DNA from: Candidatus Marinacidobacterium sp.
GTDB lineage: Bacteria; Acidobacteriota; Vicinamibacteria; Marinacidobacterales; Marinacidobacteraceae
NCBI GenBank assembly: GCA_965202845.1
Contig: OZ241856.1
Span: 1,027,159 to 1,091,158 of the forward strand
Length of the DNA stretch: 64,000 bases
Direction of reading: 5' to 3'
In this document: one piece after another, positions 9,971 through 18,559 of the stretch
How positions within the stretch are numbered: position 1 is the first letter of the stretch
Layout of the letters: each line of letters starts with the position of its first letter
Translations under genes and position numbers: made by a program
Notes under the pieces: model-generated
What the model was told of the DNA's origin: nothing
The model's input: the letters and a program-made list of their open reading frames with translations, nothing else
Database searches by the model: none

Positions 9971-12900
9971 ATGACTCCGTTCGAAAACCGGCTCGTCCTG
10001 AACCGCTTCCTCTGCCGGGAATTCGGTTATCAGGACGTGGCGTCCATGCTGGCGCTGCTCCGCGACGTGGACGCCGGGACCGATGCGAACGGCGAGAGCT
10101 TCTATTTCCGCCGGATGTTTCCCGACCCGGGCGCCACGAAGCTGACGCCGGAACGACTCATCGCCTGTGATGCGTCCATCGAGGAAACCGGAAGGCGACT
10201 GCGCATGACTCCGGAGCACGGTCGGGGATGGAAGCCGCACCAATGGCTGGCGCTGCTGTTCGCCGAGCACTACCTGCGCCTCTATTTCGAGGACCCGGAG
10301 GACCTCCAGGCGAAGCTGGACGCGGAGCGGCGCGCTCACCGGGCCACCAGCTCGATGCCGAAGTACTCGCTGGACGATCTGCGCGCCGTGGCGGTGCAAA
10401 GCGCCACCGGCTCCGGCAAAACGCTGGTCATGCACGCCCACATCCTCCAGTACCGGCGCATCGCCCAGGAGGCGGGCCGCCCGCCCCGGAACGTCATTCT
10501 GGTGACCCCGAACGAGCAGCTGTCCGGGCAACACGAACGCGAATTCCGCGCCAGCAACCTGCGGGCGCGCATCTTTTCCAGCGCGGCCAGCGCGGGCTTG
10601 CCGGGGACGGTCGAGATCATCGACGTGAACAAGCTCGCCGAACGGAAAGGCGTGAAGCGGGTCGCGGTTCGTGATTTCGGCGACAACAACCTCGTCCTGG
10701 TGGATGAGGGGCATCTCGGCTCTTCCGGCAAGGTCTGGCGCAAACTGCGGAAGGAATTGGCGGAGGGCGGCTTCACCTTCGAGTATTCGGCCACCTTCAA
10801 CCAGATCGTCAGCAAGGACGACGCCCTGCGGGACGCCTACGGCAAGAGTCTGCTGTTCGACTATTCCTACCGCGCCTTCCATGCGGACGGTTACGGCAAG
10901 GACTTCGAGATCGCCAATCTTCCGGGAGGGGCGGCGGACCAGAACAGCCGTATCTATCTGCTGGGCGCGCTGCTGAGCTTCTACCGGCAGTGCCGCATCT
11001 GGCGCGAGGGGCGCGGCCGCTGGGCCGCATACCAGGTAGCCCGACCGCTATGGGTGTTTCTCGGCAAGACGGTCGCCAGGCATTCCAGGTCCCAAGTGGA
11101 CCGGGAGGCGCGGTCGGATGTCCTGTTGATCCTTGACTTCCTCGGCTGGGTTCTGGCGCATGGTGCCGCGGTCCGCCCCTTGCTCTCCCGCCTTCTGAAA
11201 GGCCAGTCGGGGCTGACCGGAGCGGACGATGCGGACTACTTCGCCGGCCGGTTCGACGACCTGAAGGACGTCGACCCCGACGAGCTCCATGATGACATAT
11301 GCAAGACGCTGTTTCACGGGGCTGGGCGGCTCCATGTGCGCTACCTGACCCAGGGCGAAGGCGAGCTGCATCTGCGCACGGCGGACAACGCGCCTTTCGG
11401 AGTGGTGAACATCGGGGACTCGCAGGCGCTCTATCGGCTTCTCGAAAAGGGAGGCAACCCTGATCTCGTCGTCGAACGGGACGCCGGTTTTGTCCGGCGG
11501 TTGTTCGCCGATGTGGACCGGGCCGATTCGACGGTGAACATCGTCATCGGCGCGAGACGCTTCATCGCCGGCTGGAATTCCTGGCGGGTGAGCGCGATGG
11601 GGCTCATGCACGTCGGCGTCCGCGAAGGGCCGGAGATCATCCAGATGTTCGGACGCGGCGTCCGGCTCAAGGGCCGGAACATGAGTCTCAAGCGTCACCG
11701 CGCTCTCGCCGAAGCCGATCCGCCCGCCGACAGCGACGGGCTACGGGAACTGGAGACGCTGCGCATCTTCGGCCTCAAGGCGAACTACATGCAGGCGTTC
11801 CGCGAGATTCTGGATGCGGAGGGAGTCACGACGGAAACCATCAAGATGTGCGTCGCCTGGAATTTCGCAAGGGAGGATCTGAAGCTTCTCCGGATCGGGG
11901 AAGGAAAGGAGTACGTTCGCTCGGACGACCGTCCGATCCTCCCGGAATCCGGCGCTCCCAGGGCGAAACGGGATTTCCACTCCCGGCTGCAAGCCTTCGA
12001 CTCCAGGGGGACGGCGACCGAAGCGGAGACTCGGCAGCCGGCGCCGCTGGATCGCGGGCAAACCGCCCTCTTCAACCGCGCCCGCATCCATGACCGGCTG
12101 CTGGAGCGCAAGGAACGGGAAGGCTGGAGGAATCTCGCCATGGACCGTGCGACGATCGATGCGTTGCTGGACCGGGACGATTGGTACGACCTGTACCTGC
12201 CTCCGGAATGGCTCGAACCGAAGAGTGTCTCCGATCTGCGAAAGCTGGAGGACGTCGCCGTCGAACTGATCGCCGACTACGCTGACCGGTTCTGGCGCAA
12301 ACGGCGTCGTGCGTGGGAATACGAACGTCTGGAAGTGGGGACGCTCAACGAGTCCGATTCCAACTACATCGGCGCCTACCGGTTTGCGGTAGCTGCCAGC
12401 GAGGAGATCCTGATTGACCATATTCTCACGATCAAGAGAAAAGCGAGCAGAAGGGAACTCAAGGAAGGCCCTTACGATCACGCGGGGTTTGGCGTTCTGA
12501 TGCGCAAAGAGCACGCCTACCAGCCGTTGCTCCACGATCCTGACGAACGCAAAGTCGATATATCCGTTCAACCAGTGCTCCTGAACGACGCCGAGAAGCG
12601 GGTGGTCAAGACACTGACCGACCTGAAGAAAGGCGATCCCCCCTTGCGGGGATGGGAGTTGTCCCTGATCCGCAACCAGAGTCGGGGGCGGGGTGTGTCC
12701 TTCTTCGACGATCATTCCTATTACCCGGATTTCATCGTCTGGCTGGTGAAGGGAGAGCAGCAGCACATCCTGTTCCTTGACCCGAAGGGGCTGAGTCGAT
12801 TTGATTCGGACGAAAAAAAGAAAGTAGGGCTGCACGCTGAAATCAAGAACGTCGAAGCGCGCATCCGCCGCAACGACCCGACGATCCGCCTGCATGCATA

Positions 12901-13039
12901 TGTGATCTCGGTTACACCGCCCGGCGAGATCGGGAGCGACGAAAAGCGCAGCAGCAAGAATGAATGGGAGGATCGAGGCGTTTATTTTCTGGAGGACGCC
13001 TCCTGGGCCGTCCGCTTGCTTGAGCGGGTCCTCGCGTGA
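9971..13039 (+). CDS. res: Type III restriction enzyme Res subunit (helicase-nuclease)
   Basis: Helicase motif I ATGSGKTLVMHA and motif II VLVDEGHLGSSGK. C-terminal PD-(D/E)xK-like YYPDFIVWLVKGEQQHILFLDPKG. ATG overlaps the mod stop as ATGA. Confidence 0.8.
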   Translation: MTPFENRLVLNRFLCREFGYQDVASMLALLRDVDAGTDANGESFYFRRMFPDPGATKLTPERLIACDASIEETGRRLRMTPEHGRGWKPHQWLALLFAEHYLRLYFEDPEDLQAKLDAERRAHRATSSMPKYSLDDLRAVAVQSATGSGKTLVMHAHILQYRRIAQEAGRPPRNVILVTPNEQLSGQHEREFRASNLRARIFSSAASAGLPGTVEIIDVNKLAERKGVKRVAVRDFGDNNLVLVDEGHLGSSGKVWRKLRKELAEGGFTFEYSATFNQIVSKDDALRDAYGKSLLFDYSYRAFHADGYGKDFEIANLPGGAADQNSRIYLLGALLSFYRQCRIWREGRGRWAAYQVARPLWVFLGKTVARHSRSQVDREARSDVLLILDFLGWVLAHGAAVRPLLSRLLKGQSGLTGADDADYFAGRFDDLKDVDPDELHDDICKTLFHGAGRLHVRYLTQGEGELHLRTADNAPFGVVNIGDSQALYRLLEKGGNPDLVVERDAGFVRRLFADVDRADSTVNIVIGARRFIAGWNSWRVSAMGLMHVGVREGPEIIQMFGRGVRLKGRNMSLKRHRALAEADPPADSDGLRELETLRIFGLKANYMQAFREILDAEGVTTETIKMCVAWNFAREDLKLLRIGEGKEYVRSDDRPILPESGAPRAKRDFHSRLQAFDSRGTATEAETRQPAPLDRGQTALFNRARIHDRLLERKEREGWRNLAMDRATIDALLDRDDWYDLYLPPEWLEPKSVSDLRKLEDVAVELIADYADRFWRKRRRAWEYERLEVGTLNESDSNYIGAYRFAVAASEEILIDHILTIKRKASRRELKEGPYDHAGFGVLMRKEHAYQPLLHDPDERKVDISVQPVLLNDAEKRVVKTLTDLKKGDPPLRGWELSLIRNQSRGRGVSFFDDHSYYPDFIVWLVKGEQQHILFLDPKGLSRFDSDEKKKVGLHAEIKNVEARIRRNDPTIRLHAYVISVTPPGEIGSDEKRSSKNEWEDRGVYFLEDASWAVRLLERVLA

Positions 13040-13071
13040 GCCGGAATATGAGACGCCATTCTCCCGACTTT

Positions 13072-13571
13072 CGGCGGAACGCTACGGCCTCTTCGGACTC
13101 GGGCAACCCGGCGTCGTTCCGGTTTCGCGCATCCGCTACTGGCTTCGTCCCCCCGGACCCCGGGACGGCGGGCGGCGGACGCTGATGCGCCGGGTCGATG
13201 AAGGCCAGCCCCAACCGGTCGGCTTCGCCGACGACCTGCAAATCCGGTACGTCACGGGTCGGGACGCCGACCGGCTGTTGGATGACCCGCCGACGTTCCT
13301 CGGCGACATGCAGACCGCCGCCGCGCTCGGCGATCACATCGTCCGGGCGGTGGAGGTGGAGATTCGGGCGGCGTCCAGCGCGGCCGCCTGGCGCACGCCG
13401 GACGGGGACGGGGCGGCGCCGCGGACCACTATTGTCCGGCGTCGCGTCGGATTGCGGATCGCCGCCGCCGGAGTCGGACGCCGCGCCTGGGAGGAGAGCA
13501 TGCAGCGGAACGCGCTCCCCACCGAGATTCCGCGGATCGGCCCGCTGCGGTTCATCAAGCTCCCCTGGTGA
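13072..13571 (+). pseudogene. Duplicated 3' fragment of the pilin-like gene (no start, truncated)
   Basis: Encodes ...ERYGLFGLGQPGVVPVSRIRYWL...RFIKLPW*, identical to the C-terminus of the 3915..5273 product. The track ORF 12960..13571 is an upstream run-on. Confidence 0.7.
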
Positions 13572-13578
13572 GCGCGGC
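13072..13578 (+). repeat. Direct repeat copy 2 (~505 bp)
   Basis: See copy 1. Begins about 30 bp after the res stop. Confidence 0.9.
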
Positions 13579-14569
13579 GCGTGATGCCGACATCCGTCGG
13601 GGGGCCGGAACGTTCCCGGCCCAGCCCCACGACGCGCTGTTCCGCCTGCTGGGCGCCGCTCCCAGGCGCGCCGCGACACTGCTCGCCGAATTCCTGCCGC
13701 CCGAAGTCCGCGAACGCCTGGACCCGGACCACCCGCCCGAACTCATCGAGGGCGCCTCCATCGACGGCGAGGGAAAGGCCGCCCGGGCCGACGCCATCTT
13801 CCGGGCGCGGCTCAAGGATGGCGCCACCGCTCGGATCCACGTCCTGCTGGAGCACAAGTCGCAGCCGGACGCCCGCACCCCGCTCCAGCTGATGCGCTAC
13901 ATCCAGCGGATATGGACCAGGGAACGGGACAGCGGACACGGGGCGCCCGGGCGCGTGCCGCTGGTCATCCCGGTGGTCTTCTACAACGGACCCGGCGCCT
14001 GGACCACGCCCCGCTCGATCGTGGACATGATCGATGCTCCGGAGGGACTCAAACATCTGGCGAGCCAATTCGGGACGTACCTTCTGTACGACCTCACCCG
14101 GATGGCTCCGGAGGAACTCCCGAAGAATCCGGAGACGCGGAGCGCCCTTTTGGCGATGGGGCGCGTCCACGCCAGGAAGGCCACCGACGCGGAGGCGGAC
14201 ATCATCGTGGAGGGGATCGATTCCGGCACCGACTTCGGGCAGTTCCTGCTACAGTACGTCGCAACGCTGGTTCTGTCGCTGGATCAGATGAAGGCGGCGA
14301 TGGGGCGCACCGGTGCCGAACCCGAAGAAGTGGAGGCCGTTATGGAAACCGCAGCTCAGACTTGGTTGAAGCAAGGCAAAGCCGAGGGCAGGGCCGAAGG
14401 CAAAGCCGAAACGCTCGCCCGGCAGCTCGCGCGCCGCTTCGGACGTCCGCTCGGTGAAGTCCAGGCCCGTATTGCCGGGGCCGATCTCGGGCAACTGAAC
14501 CGCTGGCTGGACGCGGTGCTGGACGCGCCCACGTTCGAGGCGGTTTTCGGTTCGGCCCCGAAACGCTGA
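13568..14569 (+). CDS. Rpn/YhgA-like PD-(D/E)XK recombination-promoting nuclease (putative transposase_31 family)
   Basis: N-terminal PHDALFRLLG and IHVLLEHKSQPD core. C-terminal repetitive KAEGRAEGKAETLARQLARRFG is typical of the family. GTG start overlaps the pilin-fragment stop as GTGA. Confidence 0.7.
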   Translation: MSAARDADIRRGAGTFPAQPHDALFRLLGAAPRRAATLLAEFLPPEVRERLDPDHPPELIEGASIDGEGKAARADAIFRARLKDGATARIHVLLEHKSQPDARTPLQLMRYIQRIWTRERDSGHGAPGRVPLVIPVVFYNGPGAWTTPRSIVDMIDAPEGLKHLASQFGTYLLYDLTRMAPEELPKNPETRSALLAMGRVHARKATDAEADIIVEGIDSGTDFGQFLLQYVATLVLSLDQMKAAMGRTGAEPEEVEAVMETAAQTWLKQGKAEGRAEGKAETLARQLARRFGRPLGEVQARIAGADLGQLNRWLDAVLDAPTFEAVFGSAPKR

Positions 14570-14605
14570 CGTCCCCGGGATGGCGTTTGAAGCCTGGCGG
14601 GGAAA

Positions 14606-16054
14606 GTGAGAGCATCCCCAGTTGACGTGAAACCGCCACCCCCTCGAGAACGCTCCTCCCTTTGCCTCCGGCGCGCGCTCCTGCCCGCGCTCCTGCCCGC
14701 GTTCCTCATGGTTCCCGGACTGGATATAGCCGCCGCTGACGCGCCGTCCCGGAGCACCGTCTGGCGGGACCTGGTGCGCAGGGGGCATTCGCTGGTGATC
14801 GGGCGCTTCGAGGGGAAGTTCGAAAGCCCCGATTTCCGATCCCGGCGGATCGTGCTGCGGCATCGGGACACCGGACGGCGGGAGACGCTGCGGATCGACG
14901 ACGGACTCGGCCTGATCGCCGAGATCGTGGAGCCCGGGGTGTACGACGTGCTGGCGTTCGAGGCGGTCTACCTGCCGCAGATCCGCCCGATGAATCCCCG
15001 TCGCGTCCGGCCCATCCGGCAGCGATTCAAGGTGACTCCGCGCGAGCACGAGATCGGGGAAGCGCTGATCCTGGTGCCCCCCGACCGGCCGGTCTACATC
15101 GGAACCATCCGCGCGGCGGCGGAGCGGCGGGGCATGGTGTACGAGGGACAAAAGCTCCGGGTGCTCGACGATTTCGAGGTGGCGATGGAGCGGCTGGCCA
15201 CCGTCCATCCGACGCTGGCCGCCAGTCTCGAGGAAGAGGCGCTGGCGCCGCAGCGCCACTTCATGCTCCGTCCGACCCGGCAGGAGGACGCGCTGCTCGA
15301 GGCGGTGGTCGGACGGGACGATCCGATCGCCCAGGCCCGTCGCTACATCGAGGACGGCAAGTATTCCCAGGCGATCGACTGGCTCTCGACCGACATGCCG
15401 GTCTCCGACAACCATCGCAACCAGGCGAGGCTGCTGGTCGGGGAAGCCCATCTCGGCAACCGCAACCTGCCTCTCGCCATCGACGAACTCGGCGAAGTGC
15501 TGCTCAGCGAGCCGGGCAACCTGCGCGCCCTGCGACTGCTGGCGCGGGCCCATTCGCTGAACGGGGATCTGGAGGACGCCGGGAACCTGTACCAGGCGCT
15601 TTTGGACATGCGCCCCGGAGACGCCGAGGCGCACCTGCAGATCGGGTATCTCCAGGCGCTGCGGAACGAGGAAGCGAATTCGCTGGCCTCCTTCGAGGTG
15701 GCCTTCGAGGCCGACATCGACTACCTGATGCACGATCTGGCGCCGTTTCTGCTCGCCGTGCGGGGGAGCGCCGAGCACGGGGCGCTCTACGAACCCGCCA
15801 CCCTGCTGGCCACCGACGCTCCGATGCGCGATCGCCAGGGCGGGGGGTCCCGGCGGTCGGCGCGCGCCGATGGCATCCTGGTGCTGATCGATCACCGGGG
15901 GCAGGTCAAGGCGGCGCGCTTCGCCCCCGACAGTTCCGACCGGGCGCACCTGACCATGATGTCCCTGGTGCGCGGGCGCTACCGGCCCGCCAGGTTGAAC
16001 GGAGTGGCGGTTCCCTCGATTCTCGCCAGCGGCAACTTCGCCGGGGAACGCTGA
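14606..16054 (+). CDS. TPR-repeat protein with TonB C-terminal-like domain
   Basis: TPR-like helices LRALRLLARAHSLNGDLEDAGNLYQALLDMRPGDAEAHLQIGYL. C-terminus DHRGQVKAARF...RPARLNGVAVPS resembles TonB_C. The antisense 566-aa ORF is rejected. Confidence 0.55.
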   Translation: MRASPVDVKPPPPRERSSLCLRRALLPALLPAFLMVPGLDIAAADAPSRSTVWRDLVRRGHSLVIGRFEGKFESPDFRSRRIVLRHRDTGRRETLRIDDGLGLIAEIVEPGVYDVLAFEAVYLPQIRPMNPRRVRPIRQRFKVTPREHEIGEALILVPPDRPVYIGTIRAAAERRGMVYEGQKLRVLDDFEVAMERLATVHPTLAASLEEEALAPQRHFMLRPTRQEDALLEAVVGRDDPIAQARRYIEDGKYSQAIDWLSTDMPVSDNHRNQARLLVGEAHLGNRNLPLAIDELGEVLLSEPGNLRALRLLARAHSLNGDLEDAGNLYQALLDMRPGDAEAHLQIGYLQALRNEEANSLASFEVAFEADIDYLMHDLAPFLLAVRGSAEHGALYEPATLLATDAPMRDRQGGGSRRSARADGILVLIDHRGQVKAARFAPDSSDRAHLTMMSLVRGRYRPARLNGVAVPSILASGNFAGER

Positions 16055-16071
16055 CAGACGGGCCGCGCCGC

Positions 16072-16126
16072 CGATCAGGGAATTTCGGGTCGGGGAATTT
16101 CGGGTCAGGGAGTTTCGGGCGTTTCG
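16072..16126. repeat. Imperfect 15-bp tandem repeat x3 spanning the TlpA-like stop codon
   Basis: cagggaatttcgggt / cggggaatttcgggt / cagggagtttcgggc. On the minus strand this encodes ...ETPETP*PEIPRPEIP*. Confidence 0.6.
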
Positions 16127-16878
16127 AGGAGGCGTTCGACGGCATCCTCGAGCGCACGGAACGGCTGGTCGGCGCTCGGCGCCGGGTGCAGCAACCCATC
16201 CCGGTCGATCAGGAAGTTGGCCGGGTAGCGGGCGGTCTCCAGGAACACCGGCGGCATGACTCCGCCTTCAAGCGGCGCGCCGGGAAGCAGCAGCGGGTAG
16301 TCCACCGGAACCGATTCGTCCTGGAAGGCGCGCTGGACGGCTTCGTCCTCGGTGGAGATTCCGAAGACCACCAGCCCCCGGTCGGCCTGCTCGGCCGCCA
16401 GCCGGTCCAGTTCCGGCATCTCCGCACGGCAGGGGGGACACCAGGTGGCCCAGACGTTCACCAGCGCCACCGACCCCCGATGCTCCGAGAGCTGGTGGAT
16501 GTTTCCGTCAAGGTCCAGGGCGCGGAAATCGGGCGCCGGCACGCCGGCGAGCGCCAGATTCGCCGCCTGCCGGGCGCGCCGCATCCCTCCCCGGATCGGG
16601 AGGACGGCCAGACCGAGCGCCAGCACGGCGACCAGCGCTCCGATCCAGCCGGGGACGCTGAGGCGCCGCCGGGCGCGCCAGTCCCGAACCGCCATGAGGA
16701 GCGCGATCCCCGGAGGGATCAGCATCCCCACCGTGACCACGGTCAGCCGGAACATCCAGTCGCCGTCGGGGTTGTCGCTCAACCGGGTGAGGACGCGGTA
16801 GAGGGCGGCGCCGATCCCCGCCGAGAGCAGCGGCGCGAGCAGGCCGGGCAGGAAGGGCGAGCGGGGCGGGGGCTTCAT
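16105..16878 (-). CDS. TlpA-like membrane-anchored thiol:disulfide oxidoreductase (thioredoxin fold)
   Basis: WATWCPPCRAEMPEL CxxC motif with N-terminal TM helices. Confidence 0.75.
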   Translation of the reverse strand: MKPPPRSPFLPGLLAPLLSAGIGAALYRVLTRLSDNPDGDWMFRLTVVTVGMLIPPGIALLMAVRDWRARRRLSVPGWIGALVAVLALGLAVLPIRGGMRRARQAANLALAGVPAPDFRALDLDGNIHQLSEHRGSVALVNVWATWCPPCRAEMPELDRLAAEQADRGLVVFGISTEDEAVQRAFQDESVPVDYPLLLPGAPLEGGVMPPVFLETARYPANFLIDRDGLLHPAPSADQPFRALEDAVERLLETPETP

Positions 16879-17870
16879 GGCTGTCTCCCCGGCGGGTAGC
16901 GCCGCCGGATGTTCGGGATCAGATACTCCGAGAACAGCGCTTCCGCTTCCCGGTCGGGGCGCCAGCCGAAGTCGCGCCGGGCCGCTCCGTCGTCCACCGC
17001 TGCGGGCCAGCTGGCGACGATCCGGTCCCGGTCCGGGTCCGGCTCGAAATGGCGCTCCAGGCCGGGGAAATCCCGGCGCACCCGGCGGGCCACCTCCTCC
17101 GCCGAGAGGCTGGGCCCGCCGAAGTTGTAGGCGGTGCGGGAGAGGCGCGCCTTGTCGGCGGCGAAGAGCCGCGCCAGCCCCTCCACCGCGGTCGGCATGG
17201 CGCAGAAGGGAAGCCGGGCGTCGGGGCGGACGAAGCAGGTGAACGGCTCGCCGCAGGCGGCGGCGTGGATCATTTCCGGCGCCCAGTCGCTGGTGCCTCC
17301 CGAGGGGAGGGTGTCGGCGGAGAGGAGGCCGGGGAACCGCACGGCGCGGAAGTCGAGGTTCGGATGCTCGCGCTCCAGGACGGCGCCGAAGTGCTCGATG
17401 TAGAGCTTCTGGGCGCCGTAAAGGGTGATCGGACGGAGGAAATCGTCCTCGCCGACCGGCGCCGCCGCGTCCTTGGCGCTCCGGGAGGGCAGGCCGTAGA
17501 CGGCGATGGAGCTCGGAAACAGGAATTGCACCGGTCCGGCGGCCGCGAGCGCGACCGCCGCCTCCAGCGCCCGCACCGAACCCTCCACGTTCACCCGGTG
17601 GGCCGGAACCGGCGCCGATTCGGTCCGGGTCGAGAGCAGGGCGGCGAGGTGGACGATGCGATGCGGCCGGTGGGCGAGCGCCCGTTTCCAGACGTCGCGC
17701 TCGAGGATGTCTCCCTGGATGTGCTCCAGCGGCGACGGAAGTCCCGGCGGCAGGGGGCGGATGTCGCTGGTGAGAACCTGCTGGCCGGGGGTTCCAGCGA
17801 GCCGCCGGACCAGCGCGGTTCCGATCTCCCCGGACGCCCCGGTGACGAGCGTGACTCCCGGAGGGTTCAT
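16875..17870 (-). CDS. NAD-dependent epimerase/dehydratase (SDR family)
   Basis: VTLVTGASGEIG Rossmann motif and YGAQK (YxxxK). ATGA overlap with the downstream gene. Confidence 0.75.
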   Translation of the reverse strand: MNPPGVTLVTGASGEIGTALVRRLAGTPGQQVLTSDIRPLPPGLPSPLEHIQGDILERDVWKRALAHRPHRIVHLAALLSTRTESAPVPAHRVNVEGSVRALEAAVALAAAGPVQFLFPSSIAVYGLPSRSAKDAAAPVGEDDFLRPITLYGAQKLYIEHFGAVLEREHPNLDFRAVRFPGLLSADTLPSGGTSDWAPEMIHAAACGEPFTCFVRPDARLPFCAMPTAVEGLARLFAADKARLSRTAYNFGGPSLSAEEVARRVRRDFPGLERHFEPDPDRDRIVASWPAAVDDGAARRDFGWRPDREAEALFSEYLIPNIRRRYPPGRQP

Positions 17871-18559
17871 CGGAGCAGCGCGCGGAGGAAGCGACCGATG
17901 TCGCGGGTTTCGGGCGCCGAAACCTGATGGCCCATGGGATAGCTCCGGAACACGCCGTCCCAGCCGGCCTCGAGGAGGGAGCGGCAGGCGGCTTCCCCGT
18001 AGCGAATCGGGATGAGGTCGTCGGCGACGCCGTGCGCGGCGAACAGCCGGGCGCCGGGGAGGCGCGGGGCGACGACCACCTCGTGGCGGGCGATGTAGGT
18101 CGAAAGGGCCATGACCCCGCCGACTTCGGCCGGCTCTCCGGGAAAGCCCTGGAGCGCGGCCGCCGCCAGCGCCACCGCGCCGCCCTGGGAAAACCCGGCG
18201 AGGACGATCCGCTCCGGTGGGATGCCGGACTCCCGTTCCTCCCGCGCCAGCTTGCGAACCAGGGCGACCGATTCGGCGAGCTGCTCCCTGTCCACCAGCC
18301 GCGCCGCGTCGGCCGGGGAGTTGACCAGGAGCGCCCGCATGTCGAACCAGGAACGCATCGGGAGGCCGCCGTTCAGGGTCACCGGGCGCACCGGCGCCTC
18401 CGGGAAGCGGAAGCGGACGCCGAGCGGGGCGGGCAGGTCAAGCGCGGGGACGATCGGAACGAAGTCGTGGCCGTCGGCGCCCAGTCCGTGGAGCCAGATC
18501 ACGGTGGCGCGATGCTCCCCCGCCGGGGGGAGCTCCACCATCCCGAACGCCGCGCTCAC
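17867..18559 (-). CDS. Phospholipase/carboxylesterase-family alpha/beta hydrolase
   Basis: VIWLHGLGADGHDF and GFSQGG (GxSxG). About 230 aa. Confidence 0.75.
   Translation of the reverse strand: MSAAFGMVELPPAGEHRATVIWLHGLGADGHDFVPIVPALDLPAPLGVRFRFPEAPVRPVTLNGGLPMRSWFDMRALLVNSPADAARLVDREQLAESVALVRKLAREERESGIPPERIVLAGFSQGGAVALAAAALQGFPGEPAEVGGVMALSTYIARHEVVVAPRLPGARLFAAHGVADDLIPIRYGEAACRSLLEAGWDGVFRSYPMGHQVSAPETRDIGRFLRALLR

Larger units (their letters stand above)
5406..9974 (+). pseudogene. mod: Type III R-M mod (N6-adenine DNA methyltransferase, beta class), disrupted by an ISL3 insertion
   Basis: LLIQGENAQALRL...IQCIHIDPPYNTQ (motif IV) and DFFGGSGTTGHAVLNL (motif I). The IS separates VLNL from NRLDGGRRKYILVEMGDH. 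Joining across the 8-bp duplication restores an in-frame reading of about 1030 aa. Start is ATG 5406 with AAGGGAA upstream. Confidence 0.8.

Noticed and set aside
12960-13571. 203-aa ORF read as an independent gene
   Set aside because: Its N-terminal part is an out-of-frame run-on over the res 3' end. Only the C-terminal part is the duplicated pilin fragment.
14249-15949. 566-aa minus-strand ORF
   Set aside because: It is antisense to the TPR/TonB_C gene and has junk composition.
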